A DNA stretch of 64,000 nucleotides from Macrostomum lignano (taxonomy: Eukaryota): NCBI GenBank assembly GCA_002269645.1, contig NIVC01000762.1, positions 62,001 to 126,000 on the forward strand. Direction: 5' to 3'. Numbering within the stretch: the stretch's first letter is position 1; each line of letters begins with the position of its first letter. The notes under the pieces are model-generated. The model was given only the letters and a program-made list of their open reading frames with translations, was not told where the DNA came from and did no database searches. Positions 1-28,780 of the stretch are shown piece by piece. A program made the translations under genes and the position numbers.

Positions 1-447
1 CATTCCCATGTGTTTTATAGGTGAGAGGCGCCATTCCCACGTTTTATAACAGGTGAGAGGCGCCATTCCCATGTGTTTTACAGGTGAGAGGCGCCATTCC
101 CACGTTTTATAACAGGTGAGAGGCGCCATTCCCATGTGTTTTATAGGTGAGAGGCGCCATTCCCACGTTTTCTAACAGGTGAGAGGCGCCATTCCTATGT
201 GTTTTACAGGTGAGAGGCGCCATTCCCACGTTTTCTAACAGGTGAGAGGCGCCATTCCAATGTGTTTTACAGGTGATAGGCGCCATTCCCATGTGTTTTA
301 AAGGTGAGAGGCGCCATTCCCACGTTTTCTAACAGGTGAGAGGCGCCATTCCAATGTGTTTTACAGGTGAGAGGCGCCATTCCCACGTTTTCTAACAGGT
401 GAGAGGCGCCATTCCCATGTGTTTTACAGGTGAGAGGCGCCATTCCA
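1..447. repeat. Minisatellite of alternating 31/32-bp units (AGGTGAGAGGCGCCATTCCC...), 63-bp dimer period; truncated by the window start
   Basis: Units are directly visible; the overlapping ORF 107-292 has a 21-aa period. Confidence 0.95.
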
Positions 448-760
448 ATGTGTAAATAGACTAAAGTGTCCGGGGAAATTTGAAGGGTTGGGCATTGGAA
501 AAGAGTTGCTGCTCCAAGTCCTGGGTCTGTGTATTCCTTGCCCAGACTTTGTCGGCTAGGGACTTTTAGAGAGCAATAAAATCATGCCGCCGCTGTATAA
601 TTGCAGGTTGCCATGGAGACGGCAGAAAACCCTACACAGACATCGGCGCCCCCGTCTTCTCGTCTCTGCCAATCAGCGGCAGCTGGAAATCTTGGCCAAA
701 CTGAGAGCCTATTTTAGGCTGCTGCGATCCAGCCAGCGCCCCCAGCTGTCGCTCGGCAAC

Positions 761-4643
<3,883 letters not shown>

Positions 4644-4959
4644 GCTGCGAGAGTTTCAGTTGGATGAAGTTTGACGTCTGGTAGAGATGAGGTGTTTTAA
4701 GATGTTTAGAGGCGTGAGCGACGGTACAGATGATTTTTAGTCAGAGAGAAGATTCTTCATGTTAACTGTTAGAGTTTTTTTTTACACAATATAAAGATAT
4801 TCTTTGTTGTTAACATTTCCTCATAAAGACATTTTATGTGGTTGTTGGAATCTCTGAGAGAAAATAGCATCTGAGCAAAGAAAAGCCGTGATGGTTTCTA
4901 GGAATATTTGGATAGGAATTCCCATGGTCTATAAATGTACATGTATAGATGGGATCCCT

Positions 4960-5240
4960 GGGATCTAAATATAGATAGGAATCCTCCAAGAACCTGAATA
5001 TCGATGGGAATCTCCAAAAATTCCAAATAAAGATGCGGGTTCCCCTATGATATAAATATAGATAGGAATCCCCCAAGGACTTAAATATAGATGGGAATCC
5101 CCCAAAAGACCTAAATATAGATGGGAATCCCCAAAAAATCTAAATATAGATGTGAGTTCCTTAGATCTAAATATAGAGAGGAATCCCCTAAGATCTAAAT
5201 ATAGATAGGAATCCCCATGAAATCTATATATAGATGGGCA
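4960..5240. repeat. Degenerate ~30-bp tandem repeat (TAAATATAGATGGGAATCCCC core)
   Basis: Direct. Confidence 0.8.
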
Positions 5241-6764
5241 TGCCTCTGGATTTAAATGTAAATGATAAATGTCAGAAATACTCGTAACTACATCCTTATC
5301 AAAGGAATCCCTAAGATAGTAAATATTAACAGAATTTAGTATCTGGTAATCTGAGAATATAATGTAGCGAAGTGGAAGTCCCTGAAATTGATAAAACTGT
5401 TTTGTTTGATAAAGTTTAATATTTCTGTTTATTGTTTAGTATCAATAATTGCAGTCAGTGATGTCTTTATTACTTTCTTTCTATTGTAAATCAAAACTAT
5501 CATTCTTCTGCAGATAGTAAACTTTTGTTTAAAAATTCATTTTTTTCCTGTTTTGCAATTTATCTACTTTAGCCCAGTGATTAAAACATTTAAAAGATAG
5601 GTAATAAAAATGTTTAACGCTTTATAATTTTTACGACTAAAATTTACAGTGTAGTTTTAATTATTGACTTTATAAGCTGAATATGTATGTATACTGCAAT
5701 CTGAGTGATGACGTCACACATGCTAAAATAGTGACAATCTGTACTTTATTTGCCACCGTTTTTTTAAGCTTAAATCGATGCATTATAACAAATAGCAGAC
5801 AATTTCTGTCTTAGACCCGAGATATCCTGAAAAGTTTACTTTTTTTGTACTGTGTGTGCCACTTGATTAATCAAAACGTAAATCTTTTATGCCTCATCTT
5901 TCCTAGATAATAGCTTATAGATTTTCTGTCTTCAAAGTTTTCATATAAAGATATTTATTAAAATATACATATTCTGTTCTTATCAGATTTCTAAATTTTA
6001 GTTTGATCGATTAAAAAATCTTATTAAAAAGCCATTAAGTTTACTTTCGCGGTTTTTGTTAATTTTGTTATAATTCTTAATTCAAGTTTCAAAAGTTCAA
6101 AAGTTCCAAGTTTCCATTTTCAGCACCTACCTCACATTGTGGACTTCCGATTTCAAAATCAAGCAAGTATGTCTTTTGCCAGAAATTGTTTCGCAACTCA
6201 AAAAGCAGAGCCTGTGTTTTTCAAAACCCCCAATACGGATTTTGCAAAGATTTTCGGTAGCATTTTGCTACATTATTAGTTACTTCGAAGTAGATAACAA
6301 TTGACTGTCTCCGATTTAGGCTAATATGATTAAGGGAGGGGCCAGAGGCAGGGGGCTGGGCGCACTTCAAGCGACATTGTCACTTAACCGGCGAGAGGCA
6401 TTGCTGCCAATTCCGCCGACTCCCCTGAGCAGGCACACAAGCGCGCGGATACGTACGCAGTCATACGCACAGGCACACACTCACACAGGAGTGCACAGTG
6501 GCCCCTACTTTATTTATCGTTAGGCATGTACATTTCACTGTGCCTTGATGGCTGCCCCTTAAGGGCGTTAATTGCACGAGCAGAGCCAAGCCAAGATTCC
6601 AATTTAGCTTCAAACTAGCAATCTTCGCCCCCCGATGGGGGACATCTGGATAGAATCTCTGTTCTCTACAATTAACAAAAAGACAGCCAAAAAATCCTTC
6701 ACAAAGACAACAGACAAACTGCTCAAATGAAGTGAATTGCAATAAGAAATCTTCCCAAGACCAC

Positions 6765-7222
6765 AAGCATCCCCCAGATAGCAAGCATCCTCCAGATAGC
6801 AAGCATCCCCCAGATAGCAAGCATCCCCCAGATAGCAAGCATCCCCCAGATAGCAAACATCCCCCAGATAGCAAGCATTCCCCAGATAGCAAGCATTCCG
6901 CAGATAGCAAGCATCCCCCAGATAGCAAGCATCCCCAAGATAGCAAGCATCCCTCAGATAGCAAGCATACCCCAAGATAGCAAGCATCCCTCAGATAGCA
7001 AGCATACCCCAGATAGCAAGCATCCCCCAGATAGCAAGCATCACTCAGATAGCAAGCATCCCTCAGATAGCAAGCATCCCCAGATAGCAAGCATCCCCAG
7101 ATAGCAAGCATTCCCCAGATAGCAAGCATTCCCCAGATAGCAAGCATCCCCCAGAAAGCAAGCATCCTCCAAATAGCAAGCATCCCCAAGATAGATAGCA
7201 TCCCCAAATAGCAACCATCCAC
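6765..7222. repeat. 19-21-bp minisatellite CCCCAGATAGCAAGCAT
   Basis: Direct. Confidence 0.95.
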
Positions 7223-7324
7223 CAGACAATAAGTAGCTAGAGCGACAATTTCCTTAGCTTTATAGTGGCTCCTTTAAATTGGCATGGCGCTTTATACCTT
7301 TACATTTGAAATTGGATATCTTGA

Positions 7325-10065
7325 ATGTTTGACATGGTGGCTATTTTATGTTTGACATAGTGGCTCTTCTATGTTTGACATGGTGGCTCTTTTATGTTTG
7401 ACATAGTGGCTCTTTTATGTTCGACATGGTGGCTCTTCTATGTTTGACATGGTGGCTTTTTTAGGTTTGACATGGTGGCTCTTTTATGTTTGACATGTTG
7501 ACTTTTTTATGTTCGACACGGTGGCTTTTTAATGTTCGACATGGTGGCTCTTTTAGGTTTGAACCGGTGGCTCTTTAATGTTTGACATGGTGGCTCTTTA
7601 ATGTTCGACATGGTGGCTCTTTTATGTTCGACATGGTGGCTCTTTAATGTTTGACATGGTGGCCCTTTAATGGTTAACATGGCGGCTCTTTAATTTTCGA
7701 AATGGTGGCTCCTTAATTTTCGAAATGGTGGCTGTTTTATGTTTGACATGGTGGCTCTTTAATGTTCGACATGGTGGCTCTTTAATGTTTGACATGGTGT
7801 CTGTTTTATGTTTGATATGGTGGCTCTTTAATGTTCGACATGGTGGCTCTTTAATGTTTGACATGGTAACTCTTTTATGTTTGATATGGTGGCTCTTTAA
7901 TGTTCGACATGGTGGCTCTTTAATGTTCGACATGGTGGCTCTTTAATGTTCGACATGGTGGCTCTTTAATTTTTAACATGGTGACTCTTTTATGTTCGAC
8001 ATGGTGGCTCTTTTATGTTTGACATAGTGGCTCTTCTATGTTTGACATGGTGGCTCTTTAATGTTTGACATGGTGGCTCTATTATGTTTGACATGGTGGC
8101 TCTTCTATGTTTGACATGGTGGCTTTTTTAGGTTTGACATGGTGGCTCTTTTATGTTTGACATGTTGGCTTTTTAATGTTCGACATGGTGGCTCTTTTAG
8201 GTTTGAACCGGTGGCTCTTTAATGTTTGACATGGTGTCTGTTTTATGTTTGACATGGTGGCTCTTTAATGTTCGACATGGTGGCTCTTTAATGTTCGACA
8301 TGGTGGCTCTTTATTTTTAACATGGTGACTCTTTTATGTTCGACATGGTGGCTCCTTAAGGTTTGAAATATTGGCTCTTTAATGTTTAACATGGTGGCTT
8401 TTCTATGTTCGACATGGTGGCTTTTCTATGTTCGACATGGTGGCTCTTGTATGTTCGACATGGTGGCTCTTTTAATGGTCGACATGGTGGCTCTTTAATG
8501 TTCTTCATGTTGGCTCTTTTATGTTTGACATGGTGGCTTTTTTATGTTTGACATGGTGGCTCTTTTATGTTCTACATAGCTGCTCTTTTATGTTCGACAT
8601 TGTGGCTCTTGTATGTTCGACAGGGTCGCTCTTTTAGGTTTGAAATGGTGGCTCTTTAATATTTGACAAGGTGGCCCTTTAATGTTTAACATGGCGGCTC
8701 TTAAATTTTCGAAATGGTGGCTGTTTTATATTTGACATGGTGGCTCTTTAATGTTCGACATGGTGGCTCTTTAATGTTCTTAATGGTGTCTGTTTTATGT
8801 TTGACATGGTTGCTCTTTTATGTTTGATATGGTGGCTCTTTTATGTTCGACATGGTGGCTCTTGTATGTTCGACATGGTGGCTTCTTTAGGTTTGAAATG
8901 GTGGCTCTTTAATATTTGACAAGGTGGCTCTTTAATGTTCGACATGGTGGCTCTTTTAGGTTTGAAATGGTGGGTCTTTAATGCTTGACAATGTGGCTCT
9001 TTAATGTTTGACATGGTGGCTCTTTAATGTTCGACATGGTGGCTCTTTAATGTTTGACATGGTAACTCTTTTATGTTTGATATGGTGGCTCTTTTATGTT
9101 CGACATGGTGGCTCTTTAATGTTTGACATGGTGGCTCTTTAATGTTTGACATGGTAACTCTTTTATGTTTGATATGGTGGCTCTTTTATGTTCGACATGG
9201 TGGCTCTTGTATGTTCGACATGGTGGCTTCTTTAGGTTTGAAATGGTGGCTCTTTAATATTTGACAAGGTGGCCCTTTAATGTTTAACATAGCGGCTCTT
9301 AAATTTTCGAAATGGTGGCTCCTTAATTTTCGAAATGGTGGCTGTTTTAGGTTTGACATGGTGGCTCTTTAATGTTCTTAATGGTGTCTGTTTTATGTTT
9401 GACATGGTGGCTCTTTAATTTTTAACATGGTGGCTCTTTTAGGTTTGAAACGGTGGCTCTTTAATGTTTGACATGGTGGCTTTTCTATGTTCGACATGGT
9501 GGCTCTTGTATGTTCGACATGGTGGCTTCTTTAGGTTTGAAATGGTGGCTCTTTAATATTTGACAAGGTGGCTCTTTAATGTTCGACATGGTGGCTCTTT
9601 AATGTTTGACATGGTGGCTCTTTTAGGTTTGAAATGGTGGGTCTTTAATGCTTGACAATGTGGCTCTTTAATGTTTGACATGGTGGCTCTTTAATGTTCG
9701 ACATGGTGGCTCTTTAATGTTTGACATGGTAACTCTTTTATGTTTAATATGGTGGCTCTTTTATGTTCGACATGGTGGCTCTTTAATGTTTGACATGGTG
9801 GCTATTGAATGTTTGACATGGTAACTATTTTAGGTTTGAAATGGTGGGTCTTTAATGCTTGACAATGTGGCTCTTTAATGTTTGACATGGTGGCTATTGA
9901 ATGTTCGACATGGTTGCTCTTTAATGTTCGACATGGTGGCTCTTTAATGTTTGACATGGTAACTCTTTTATGTTTGATATGGTGGCTCTTTTATGTTCGA
10001 CATGGTGGCTCTTTAATTTTCGACATGGTGGCTCCTTTAGGTTTGACATGGTGGCTCTTCTATTG
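7325..10065. repeat. ~2.7-kb satellite of 21-22-bp units (ATGTTCGACATGGTGGCTCTTT)
   Basis: Direct. Confidence 0.96.
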
Positions 10066-10479
10066 CGCTTTTTTTATGTTTAGCAGTTTTTTTTGTTTTT
10101 AAGGTGTTTTAATAAAAAAATTATTTTGCGCTTCTAAGATTCGAACCCAGGTCGCTACATTAGCATTCCAGTCTGTTCGCATCAGGGCTATCTCTTTTCA
10201 ATTGGAGAACATGAATTGTGGCCCTTATAATTCAATTCTTACAGCAAGTCAATTGGAGTAAAAAGTTATGACATAATCAATTTCTCAGTCAGCCAGTATC
10301 AGTCTCACTTCGAGTTAGCAATATGGTTACGCAATTTCAATCAAGTCGTGTGTGCATTTCTTCGGCACTGTTTTCAACTTGTTGTGATGCAATCTTTATC
10401 AGAATTGAAATTCAGTCAGTCAGTTTTTTCTCTAGCATTCTTACAATGCATTTCAAGTCGAAAATTTGGCTTGACCTTT

Positions 10480-10680
10480 GCAAAAAAGCGTGTTTTTCGA
10501 ATATTTAATCCCTTTAACATTGAGCAATTTCTTAGCCAAGATGCATGTACTGTGCCAGGAAAATTTCTGATCGAATGATGCAAGTTTGAAGAAAATCGGT
10601 TGAGCCGTTTTTTCTGAAATCAATCGCATACCCATATACATACATACATACAGACAACTCATTTTTAGTATATAGGATTA
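10480..10680 (+). mobile_element. Dispersed repeat resembling a non-autonomous Helentron/HINE (DINE-like) 3' part; second copy at ~38030-38270
   Basis: Near-identical tttttcgaatatt(t/g)aatcccttta...cttagccaaga...aatttctgatcgaatg(a/g)tgcaagtttgaa(g/a)aaaatcggttga in both copies, followed by a short microsatellite and a tttagtatat..gatt end; the family assignment is inference. Confidence 0.55.
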
Positions 10681-10842
10681 ATGCGACTGCACTTGGAATC
10701 GAGCCTGGGTCGCTGGACGCTGGGCTACAGCCCACTGGGTATAGTTTAGGTTTTAGAATAGGGTTTAGGTTAGGGTTAGATCTAGGGTTTGGCTCGAAAA
10801 TCAATTTGTGGCAGTCAATTCGTAGACCTTGGATAGAAGAGA

Positions 10843-11625
10843 GACAGTCAAAAAAGACAGTCATGGCTGAGACAGTCATAACAGAGACAGTCATGGCTGA
10901 GACAGTCATAACAGAGACAGTCATGGCAAAGACAGTCATGACAGAGACAGTCATAACAGAGACAGTCATGGCAGAGACAGTCATGGGAGAGACAGTCATG
11001 GCAGAGACAGTCATGACAGAGACAGTCATAACAGAGAGTCATGACAGAGACAGTCATAACAGAGACAGTCATGACAGAGACAGTCATGGTAGAGACAGTC
11101 ATGACAGAGACAGTCATGGCAAAGACAGTCATAACAGAGACAGTCATGACAGAGACAGTCATAACAGAGACAGTCATGGCAGAGACAGTCATGGGAGAGA
11201 CAGTCATGGCAGAGACAGTCATGACAGAGACAGTCATAACAGAGAGTCATGACAGAGACAGTCATAACAGAGACAGTCATGACAGAGACAGTCATGGCAG
11301 AGACAGTCATGACAGAGACAGTCATGGCAAAGACAGTCATAACAGAGACAGTCATAACAGAGACAGTCATAACAGAGACAGTCATAACAGAGACAGTCAT
11401 GACAGAGACAGTCATGGCAGAGACAGTCATGGCAGAGACAGTCATGGCAAAGACAGTCATGACAGAGACAGTCATAACAGAGACAGTCATAACAGAGACA
11501 GTTATGGCAGAGACAGTCATGGCAGAGACATTCATGGCAGAGCCAGTCATGTCAGAGACAGTCATAACAGAGACAGTCATGTCAGAGACAGTCATAACAG
11601 AGACAGTCATGGCAGAGACAGTCAT
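10843..11625. repeat. 15-bp minisatellite GAGACAGTCAT(G/A)(A/G)CA, preceded by a short degenerate TTAGGG-like tract (~10745-10790)
   Basis: Direct. Confidence 0.95.
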
Positions 11626-12159
11626 AAAAAGAGGCAGATATTAAAATTCTCCGTGAATAATCTTTATTTCATATATTTTAATCCATCCTAAAAACTGACA
11701 GAAAACAGAAATTCTGCATTTTGTATAATAATTTATAATGTATAAAAATGTCACTTTTTACTCAGGAATGCAACACAAAGCCATTAAAACGTTATTATAC
11801 TGTTAATTTACTTCGATGCATACAGAGTAGTGATTAAAGTTAGAGATTTCAACGCATTCTGTTTATAACCACAATAAAAGTATAGTTAAAAATAACCTGT
11901 ACATATAGGTGATGCAAAGCAATCTTGATTGATAAATCAGTCATGGTAATTGAGGTAATAAAATCTACTGGAAGTTTTAACACTTGACACTCGGATTCGT
12001 TAACAATTTGTCAATTTTTAAATAGTGTGTCGAAGGCTCTTTAACAGAGATTATTTTAAATACAAATATGCCACACAGTGATATGAGCACACACAATATT
12101 CAACTGTGAAATACATGACACGGTTGGACTTTTAATGCAGTTAGGTGGAGAAAAAAGAG

Positions 12160-13423
12160 AATATGGGTGAGATTGAGAGACTGAAGGGAGAGGAGAGAGG
12201 GAGGGAGAGAGAGAGGAGAGAGGGAGAAGGAGAGGGAGAGGAGAGAGGGAGGAAGAGAGAGAGGAGAGAGGGAGAAGGAGAGGGAGAGGAGAGAGGGAGA
12301 AGGAGAGGGAGAGGAGAGAGGGAGAAGGAGAGGGAGAGGAGAGTGAGAGGGACAGGGAGAGAGAGGAGAGAGGGAAAGAGGGAGGGGAAAGAGGGAGAGG
12401 GAGAGAGGAAAGAGGGAGAGAGGAAAGAGGGAGAGGGAAAGAGAGAGAGAGGGAGAGAGAGAGGGAGAGAGGGAGAGGGAGAGAGAAGAGGGAGAAGGAG
12501 AGTGAGAGGGACAGGGAGAGAGGGAGAGGAAAGAGGGAGAGGGAAAGAGAGAGAGAGGGAGAGAGAGAGGGAGAGAGAAGAGGGAGAGAGGGAGAGAGAG
12601 AGGGAGAGAGGGAGAGGGAGAGGGAGAGGGAGAGAGGAGAGGGAGAGAGAGAGGGAGAGAAGAGAGTGGGAGAGAGGAGAGAGGGGAGGAGAGTGAGAGG
12701 GACAGGGAGAGAGAGGAGAGAGGGAAAGAGGGAGAGGAAAGAGGGAGAGGGAGAGAGGAAAGAGGGAGAGGGAAAGAGAGAGAGAGAGGGAGAGAGAGAG
12801 GGAGAGAGGGAGAGGGAGAGAGAAGAGGGAGAAGGAGAGTGAGAGGGACAGGGAGAGAGGGAGAGGAAAGAGGGAGAGGGAAAGAGAGAGAGGGAGAGAG
12901 AGAGGGAGAGAGGGAGAGGGAGAGGGAGAGAGGAGAGGGAGAGAGAGAGGGAGAGAAGAGAGTGGGAGAGAGGAGAGGGAGAGGAGAGTTGGGAGGAGAG
13001 AGGGGAGGAGAGTTGGGAGGAGAGAGGGGAGGAGAGAGGGGAGGAGAGTTGGGAGGAGAGAGGGGAGGAGAGAGGGGAGGAGAGAGGAGAGGAGAGAGGG
13101 GAGGAGAGTTGGGAGGAGAGAGGGGAGGAGAGAGGGGAGGAGAGAGGAGAGGAGAGAGGGGAGGAGAGAGGGAGAGAGAGAGGGGAGGAGAGAGGGGAGG
13201 AGAGAGGGGAGGAGAGAGAAGAGGGAGAGGAGAGAGGGGAGGAGAGAGGGGAGGAGAGAGGGGAGGAGAGAGGGGAGGAGAGAGGGGAGGAGAGAGGGGA
13301 GGAGAGAGGGGAGGAGAGAGGGGAGGAGAGAGGGGAGGAGAGAGGGGAGGAGAGAGGGAGAGGAGAGAGGGGAGGAGAGAGGGAGAGGAGAGAGGGGAGG
13401 AGAGAGGGGAGGAGAGAGGAGAG
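12160..13423. repeat. Polypurine GA-rich low-complexity tract (GAGAGGG/GGAGAGAGGGG)
   Basis: Direct. Confidence 0.96.
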
Positions 13424-13848
13424 TAGAAAGCAGAGCAGAGATTAAAATGCGGTTTGTGCAAATAGCACAAAAACTTCAAAGAAAAGTTCCGGAAATATGA
13501 ATAAAAATTGGAAGATTCCGTTTGTCAACACGACGCAAAAATGTCGTTAAAAATAAAATCAACAATTCTGTCACGAAGCACTCAAATAGAAGCACCAGAG
13601 CAAAATTATTGGGAAGCAAAATGTCTGCACGATCCATCACAGAAATATCCATACCGAGCCCTAATCACAGCTGCATTAATTATGTAACAGAAGAATAAAT
13701 AAATAATAAATTCACAAAAACTTCGTTTCCTGGAAAATCGATTGTAAAAACAGTGAATTAGAAATAAACCAAATATATAAACAAAGTTATCAAGAGTTAT
13801 CACACAAAAACTCAGTAGGCACATTATTGAGTGCTGTAATGAGTGTAA

Positions 13849-14317
13849 CACAGGTGACACTGCTGTCTAACACACAGGTGACACTGCTGTCTAACACACA
13901 GGTGACACTGCTGTCTAACACACAGGTGACACTGCTGTCTAACACACAGGTGACACTGCTGTCTAACACACAGGTGACACTGCTGTCTAACAGGTGACAC
14001 TGCTGTCTAACAGGTGACACTGCTGTCTAACAGGTGACACTGCTGTCTAACAGGTGACACTGCTGTCAAAAAGGTGACACTGCTGTCTAAAAGGTGACAC
14101 TGCTGTCTAACAGGTGACACTGCTGTCTAACAGGTGACACTGCTGTCTAACAGGTGACACTGCTGTCTAACAGGTGACACTGCTGTCTAACAGGTGACAC
14201 TGCTGTCTAACAGGTGACACTGCTGTCTAACAGGTGACACTGCTGTCTAACAGGTGACACTGCTGTCTAACAGGTGACACTGCTGTCTAACACACAGGTG
14301 ACACTGCTGTCTAACAG
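13849..14317. repeat. 20/24-bp minisatellite CAGGTGACACTGCTGTCTAA(CACA), just 3' of the aGPCR stop codon
   Basis: Direct. Confidence 0.95.
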
Positions 14318-14357
14318 GTAAACACAGCCTGTCTCAAGCTGGTCCCCCAGACGCCAG

Positions 14358-26139
<11,782 letters not shown>

Positions 26140-27093
26140 TGGTGAAATTGGCGAGATCTGTTTGCAGAAGGTGACAGACTTTGTGCAGAAATTGAAGTCA
26201 GTTATTTATAAAATAAACACCTTTATAATAACAATAACTGTATCAAGATAAACTAGAAACACATATAAACAAATAAATTGTATTCATTGGCCTAATGTTT
26301 AATATAAAAATAAATTTCTATTTGTTTCTATTACAAAAAAGTTATAAAATGAATAAAAAATTCTTTAAAAATAAAACTTAAAACTTACTTTTTAAACTAG
26401 CTAAATTTGTTATTGCATTTCCAAAGTTAAGCATATAAGCATAAAGGAACTTGTACTGCTAATGGCCAATGAGATGAATTATGGTTATTTTAGTGATAGG
26501 CCTAGTCAATTTGGTAATTATCCATTTTGGTCATAGGTTACTTTGGTGCCAAATGTGTGCATAATTTTCCATTCAAGCTGAAATAAATATTCTAGATGAG
26601 ATGCTTGTAATTTAATGCCTTGCTTAAATAGGTCAGTTTTGAAAAGAAAGTATACTGCTTCTTGCTTGTTTAAATTGAGATGTTTCTAAGAAAAAGCATG
26701 TATTTTTAAAAGATTTCTTTTCAAAACAAAGTGCTTCTTAGAAAAATGTTATTTACTTTTATATTTCCTTATTTTATCAAAAATAGAAATTGTCAAAAGC
26801 TTATAAAATAAGAAATATAAAACACTAGGCATATCTGTATGTATAAAGGCAAAGCTAAGATATAAACGGAAAACCATAAGTTAGATTAAGAGTTGGATTT
26901 ATTTTTAGCCTATGCTTATTTCTTAGAAACCCTTTTGCTTAAACAAAAATAATAAGGTCCCTTAAATATATTTTTTATTTTAACTTAGCAAGACATTTAA
27001 ATAATTACTAAGAAAACTATTCGGTTGGGGAGAAAGTTCCCATGGTTTCTAGAACTTTCTGTCAAACTGAGTTTTTTAAAAACAAAAAGCCAA

Positions 27094-28780
27094 TTAAGAA
27101 ACAAAATAATCACTATCACAATTGATCACCTGCCATTTTTCAGGCAGACTCATAATACCGTCACTATAAAATTTCTCTGGCTTTGAAGTGAAAAAGTTGT
27201 TCAGCCAGTTATTGAGCTCTTCATCATCAGCAAAGGTTTTGTTGTTCAAGGCATTGGCCAGAGACAAAAACAAGTGATAGTCACTTGGTGCCAAGTCTGG
27301 TGAATACAGTGGATGGGGCACCAATTCCCAGCTAAGGTCCAGTAGCTTTTGGCAAGTCACCTTAGCAGTGTGTGGACAAGCGTTATCATGAAGGAATCGT
27401 ACTAGGCCATGGTTCAAATGCTTCTGTGCGATGGCGGCAGCCAATTGATCCAGCTGTTGGCAGTATAGCTTGGCCATAATCAATGTGCTGGGTGGCAGCA
27501 GTTTGTAGTCACTTACGGACATTTCCCCTCCGGCGTTTCCCCTCCGGACACTTCCCCTCAGGGATATTTCCCCTCAGGGACTTTTCCCCTCTGGACATTT
27601 CCCCTCAGGGACTTTTCCCCTCTGGACATTTCCCCTCCAGACATTTCCCCTTCATCTATAACAAAATAACAGTGCCTTCGGACATGTCCAAAGAGAACAT
27701 AAGTTGCATGTATATATATAAATGTATATAAGTATATATATAAATGTAATAATATAATAATATTATAATATTATAGTATAAAAATAATAATATACAAAAT
27801 AATATAATAACATAATAATAATATATAAAAATTTTTTATATATTAATAATAAAGAGAATAATATTTTATATTATAATTTTATTATAATAAAACCTTTAAT
27901 AAAACATAATAAAACCATCTACTCTCACAATAAAAGCAATCTAACAGCATAACTACATGGATGTGACGTACATGCATGCAAAACTTCTTTTTGGCATGTT
28001 CTAAAGCTCTGTTATTTTGTTATAGCTGATGGGAAATGTCCGGAGGGGAAATGCCGCTGAGGGGAAATGTCCAGAGGGGAAACGCCGCTGAGGGGAAATG
28101 TCCGGAGGGGAAATGCCACCAAGGGGAAATGTCTAGAGGGGAATTGCCGGAGGGGAAATGTCTGGTAGCCATTTGTAGTAGATGACGCCCTTGCAGTCCC
28201 ACCACACGCAGAGCATGACCTTGTGTGGGTGGATTCCGGCCTTTGGCTGCAGCTCAGGCGTCGCGTCAGCATCAACCTATAATCGTCAACATTTGATGTT
28301 GATGTACAGGCACCACTTTTCATCACCCATAACAATGGACTTCAACTAGTTGTGCATGCGCCTGTAGGAGAGGAGAGAAGTGGCTACCTCTGCCTTGCGT
28401 TCCTTGTCCCAATCTGACAATTGGTGGGGTACCCATTGTGCCAGCTTGTACACTTTGCCCAGCTGATGCAAATGACTGGTGACCATTTTATGGTCTACAT
28501 CAAGGACCTGCGCTAACTCACGCGTGGTTTGCCGAGGGTCAGCCTCTAAAAATGTGCGCAGCTAGTCATCATCAACCTTGGAGGGACGACCTGACTAGGG
28601 CAAATCTTCGAGGTTAAAATTTCCCTGGCAAAACTACGCAAACCAGTCCTGGGTGGTGCATTCAGGCATGGTACCCACACCAAATGTAGCGTTGATGCGG
28701 CAGCTGGATTCTACGGCTGACAGTCCAGATTTGAAGTCATAGAGCAGGAGACCACAAATATAGGCCCAAGAGAGATCCAT
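27094..28780 (-). pseudogene. Mariner transposase pseudogene with several in-frame stops, interrupted by a MITE
   Basis: Manual translation from the ATG at 28780 hits several TAG/TGA codons; the C-terminal part is ORF 27094-27522. Confidence 0.9.
27516..28165. mobile_element. Foldback-like MITE nested in the mariner: inverted arrays of GACATTTCCCCTC(C/A/T)G around an AT-rich spacer, TA-flanked
   Basis: Left end TA|CGGACATTTCCCCTCCGGC; right end reverse complement TA|CCAGACATTTCCCCTCCGGC. Confidence 0.8.

Noticed and set aside
6326-6600. TTAA-flanked GGG...CCCC segment as a piggyBac/Kolobok MITE
   Set aside because: The termini do not form a convincing inverted repeat beyond 3 bp
7325-10065. 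Regularly spaced repeats (also 46895-48265 and 60045-61547) as CRISPR arrays
   Set aside because: Head-to-tail tandem units without unique spacers, no cas genes, and a eukaryotic context
10135-10200. Functional tRNA gene
   Set aside because: A B-box is present but I could not fold a complete cloverleaf; more likely SINE-derived
10745-10790. TTAGGG-like tracts (also ~34870) as interstitial telomere
   Set aside because: Only 2-4 degenerate units
10806-11691. TETVM and RDSH repeat ORFs
   Set aside because: 15-bp minisatellite open in several frames on both strands
12100-13479. Long Pro/Ser/Leu or Glu/Arg/Gly ORFs
   Set aside because: Translations of a GA-rich low-complexity tract with no splice or domain support
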